This document shows positions 61,806-64,000 of a stretch of DNA of 64,000 nt, in pieces (within the stretch, counting starts at the first letter, position 1; the number at the start of each line of letters is the position of its first letter). Source of the stretch: an uncultured Planctomycetaceae bacterium (GTDB taxonomy: Bacteria > Planctomycetota > Planctomycetia > Isosphaerales > Isosphaeraceae); contig CAWIAD010000002.1 of the NCBI GenBank assembly GCA_963833985.1, forward strand, positions 3,232,001 to 3,296,000, written 5' to 3'. A program made the position numbers and the translations under genes. The notes under the pieces were generated by a model that worked only from the letters and a program-made list of their open reading frames with translations, was not told the DNA's origin and searched no databases.

Positions 61806-62915
61806 TCAACGCCTGTGCTGCCGGACCCAAAGCAGCGTTGAAGATGCCAACGCAACTGCACCAAATCCCCACGCGAGCCACGTGGTCCACTCGAAAAACC
61901 CGGGCCTCGGGGCTGCGGAAAGGCCCGACTTCTGCTCGTCGGCCTCCGCGAGGTGCTGGCGAAGCATGGCCTCAGCCTCGGGCTTTGTTGGCTTGGTCCC
62001 CAGTTTCTGCTGTCCGAACTCATAGGCCAGCTTTCGTAGGTTATCGGAGACCAGTGTGCCCGGCTTGTACTTGATTGTGAACGATTCGCGGCGGGGATGC
62101 TTGTTGAACTCCATGGTACCTCCTACCACGTGGATCGAGGTGAGCACCGTCGGCGTCTTCGAAACGGGCGGCCCGTCCTTGGACGCGTCGGCGTAGCCGA
62201 CGTTCTGCCCCGCGATGGGCATCCAGACCCTCCTGGCGCCGAGATCGAAAGGCGCAAGCTCGACGTCCAGTCGGGCGGCCAGCACGCCCGCGGGGCCGTA
62301 TCCTTCCTGGCGCACCACCTGCCCGCACTTCCGCAAGTCAATCCAGTACCGGAAGATCGGGGAGCCCGGCAGGCCCTTGAGACCGATGGTCAGAATCTTG
62401 AGCGGTCGGTTATCGACGAGCTCCTCGCCCACGCTGGAATCAAACTGGTCGTCGGCCACCTCTCGCTTGATCTTGTCGATCAGGAAGACGAAGCCGAAGC
62501 TCGCCGGGTCCCATGAGTTCACCAGCTTAGGACTTTGGATGACTGAGTAGCCAATCGGCGCATCGTTCAGCCGGCGGTATTGCTCGGCCTGGTTGTCACG
62601 CGGGCGGACAACGAGTGTCTCGCGGACAATCGTCGAGTCGCCTGCCCGCTGATGGAAACAGTCGTTGCGGGTGTCGCCGTCGCGCCTCCAGATGAACATG
62701 CCGCTAAATGACTCGTAGAGCCCGTCCGGGCCGAGCGCCTGGAGCGCCGCTGCCGCTCCCTGGTACCGAATTGCCCCCTCGAACTCGCACCGAAAGTCCT
62801 CGATCGGCTGCTGGAGCGACTCCATCGTGTCGACCAGCAGCCGTGCCTCCGCGCGGGAGCCTCCGGCATCCACCCCGATGGACGATAGCAGGATGCAAAG
62901 GGCGAGGGACGACAT
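61806..62915 (-). CDS. Exported hypothetical protein with a C-terminal membrane anchor
   Basis: Hydrophobic N-terminus, beta-rich body ('RYWIDLRKCGQVVR', 'VWMPIAG'), C-terminal 'WLAWGFGAVALASSTLLWVRQHRR'. Confidence 0.75.
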   Translation of the reverse strand: MSSLALCILLSSIGVDAGGSRAEARLLVDTMESLQQPIEDFRCEFEGAIRYQGAAAALQALGPDGLYESFSGMFIWRRDGDTRNDCFHQRAGDSTIVRETLVVRPRDNQAEQYRRLNDAPIGYSVIQSPKLVNSWDPASFGFVFLIDKIKREVADDQFDSSVGEELVDNRPLKILTIGLKGLPGSPIFRYWIDLRKCGQVVRQEGYGPAGVLAARLDVELAPFDLGARRVWMPIAGQNVGYADASKDGPPVSKTPTVLTSIHVVGGTMEFNKHPRRESFTIKYKPGTLVSDNLRKLAYEFGQQKLGTKPTKPEAEAMLRQHLAEADEQKSGLSAAPRPGFFEWTTWLAWGFGAVALASSTLLWVRQHRR

Positions 62916-62987
62916 GGACCGCTCCAAAAAGTGCGAGGGCATATCACAAGCCGGAGAACCGTCGTTAAAACGGCATCGGCTCACGCC

Positions 62988-63395
62988 TCATTGAATGGTC
63001 GGCGGGCTCGGTGGGATCGCGCAGTTCGCGCCGCTCATTGTGACCTTGTTGCAGACGCCCGGACCGTTGCAGAGTCCGAGCCAGTTGGCTCCGCAGGAGC
63101 CCGCGCCGGTCCCCTTGTCGTAACCTCCAGTACCAGGCACTGTATCAGTGTACATGCTGCTCGCGCACGCCTTGCAAGGGTCGCCCTGCTTGGCGCATAC
63201 CGGATTTCCCTGAAGGGTGTTGCAAGAGGGATTGCCGAGAGATAATGCGGGGTTGCCGCCACGCGAGACGGTGAGCTCGTCCGCGCTGAGGTACGAGTCC
63301 GCAGACTCGGCCCACACTGCCAAAGCGGATGCGGCCAGAAGAGCCGAGGCAAAAGACACGAAGAGCCCCGAGCTGAAAGGCGCTGAATGCCTCAA
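62988..63395 (-). CDS. Secreted Cys-rich small protein with a double-glycine leader motif (putative peptide precursor)
   Basis: RBS 'aaaggaga' and TTG start; signal-like residues 1-29; 'LSADELTVSRGG' at residues 36-47; 88-aa core with 8 Cys. Confidence 0.75.
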   Translation of the reverse strand: MRHSAPFSSGLFVSFASALLAASALAVWAESADSYLSADELTVSRGGNPALSLGNPSCNTLQGNPVCAKQGDPCKACASSMYTDTVPGTGGYDKGTGAGSCGANWLGLCNGPGVCNKVTMSGANCAIPPSPPTIQ

Positions 63396-63487
63396 TGGAA
63401 TCTCCTTTCATGGTTCACGGTTACGGACAAACACAGAAACGATCTGTGTGGCGGAACCGGGATGCCCGCTCTGATGTCCGGCTCCAT

Positions 63488-64000
63488 TCACTCCACCAGC
63501 TCGTCTCCGTTCCTGGTGCCAAGGCCACGCCAGACCCTGCGGGCGATTGTTTCCCTTGTGAATCGTACCGAGCCGTCGGCCATCAGGCAGTTCACGCCAC
63601 CGGGATGGTGGCTTCTCGCCGTCGTGATACCGATCCATGCTCCGGCCACCAGAGCGTCGGGTATCTTGCCGTTTGGCTCCTGAGCATGGTTGTACGCCGT
63701 ACACTCGAGGTCGCCATAAAACCATGTGAAGCCGCCCATCCGGTAGGTGGGGAAGTTCAGCGATGAAGCTAGCTGGCAACAGGCCAGAGCGTAGTCCGCG
63801 TCCCTTTCCACACAGTACGCTTCGACCTCGATGTACCCATAATCGCGGTCCAGGGCCAGGCCGCCATCCTGCCCCGTGCCCCGCAAGCGTTCGCTGTAGG
63901 CGACCGTGTGAGAGAGGCCGTCCGGGAAAGACTCCGCCCCGAGCACTGCTGGAAAGGTATAGAAGCCATTCCCGCTGTCGTAGGATTGCTGGTTCGTGGC
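63488..64000 (-). CDS. DUF1559 (SBP_bac_10) / H-X9-DG-CTERM planctomycete protein, 5'-truncated by the window edge
   Basis: 'DGLSHTVAYSER', 'YNHAQEPN', 'ARSHHPGGVNCLMADGSVRF...VWRGLGTRNGDE'. Confidence 0.9.
   Translation of the reverse strand, partial: ATNQQSYDSGNGFYTFPAVLGAESFPDGLSHTVAYSERLRGTGQDGGLALDRDYGYIEVEAYCVERDADYALACCQLASSLNFPTYRMGGFTWFYGDLECTAYNHAQEPNGKIPDALVAGAWIGITTARSHHPGGVNCLMADGSVRFTRETIARRVWRGLGTRNGDELVE

Noticed and set aside
1..64000. tRNA, rRNA, integrase, transposase or phage genes
   Set aside because: None recognised in the ORF track or by reading the intergenic regions.

Overview
This is a GC-rich bacterial window, very likely Planctomycetota and possibly Isosphaeraceae-like. 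The evidence is a DUF1559/H-X9-DG protein, two 'LExRxLLS' planctomycete export motifs, Pro-rich TolC proteins, and fae/mtd C1 genes. In order it holds: an HTTM-like membrane protein, a six-PAS hybrid kinase and a TPR-redoxin; an accessory block of secreted proteins (Tyr-rich protein, DUF11 repeats, two TolC proteins, a Tat two-domain multicopper oxidase, a GSDH-like propeller); DUF4396, cupin, GH15, sulfatase and DUF2911 genes; a tightly coupled operon of a secreted PIG-L deacetylase, a Na+/solute symporter and a bacillithiol-like set (short BshC-like, BshB1, BshA); eutB-permease-eutC beside H4MPT-linked C1 genes; a DUF433 antitoxin with an internally deleted PIN toxin; a BNR propeller, an aldo/keto reductase, a third TolC and lpxK-waaF-epimerase. 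The most interesting feature is at the right end. A DUF1559 gene is followed by a secreted 8-Cys protein with a double-glycine leader motif (LSADELTVSRGG) behind a Sec-like signal, an unknown membrane-anchored protein, and a stand-alone exported C39-like peptidase. This is a candidate extracytoplasmically processed peptide system. Two families of REP/REPIN-like palindromic repeats are also present. About nine genes carry a single frameshift, probably from assembly indels. Family calls come from motif recognition only; no database searches were run.
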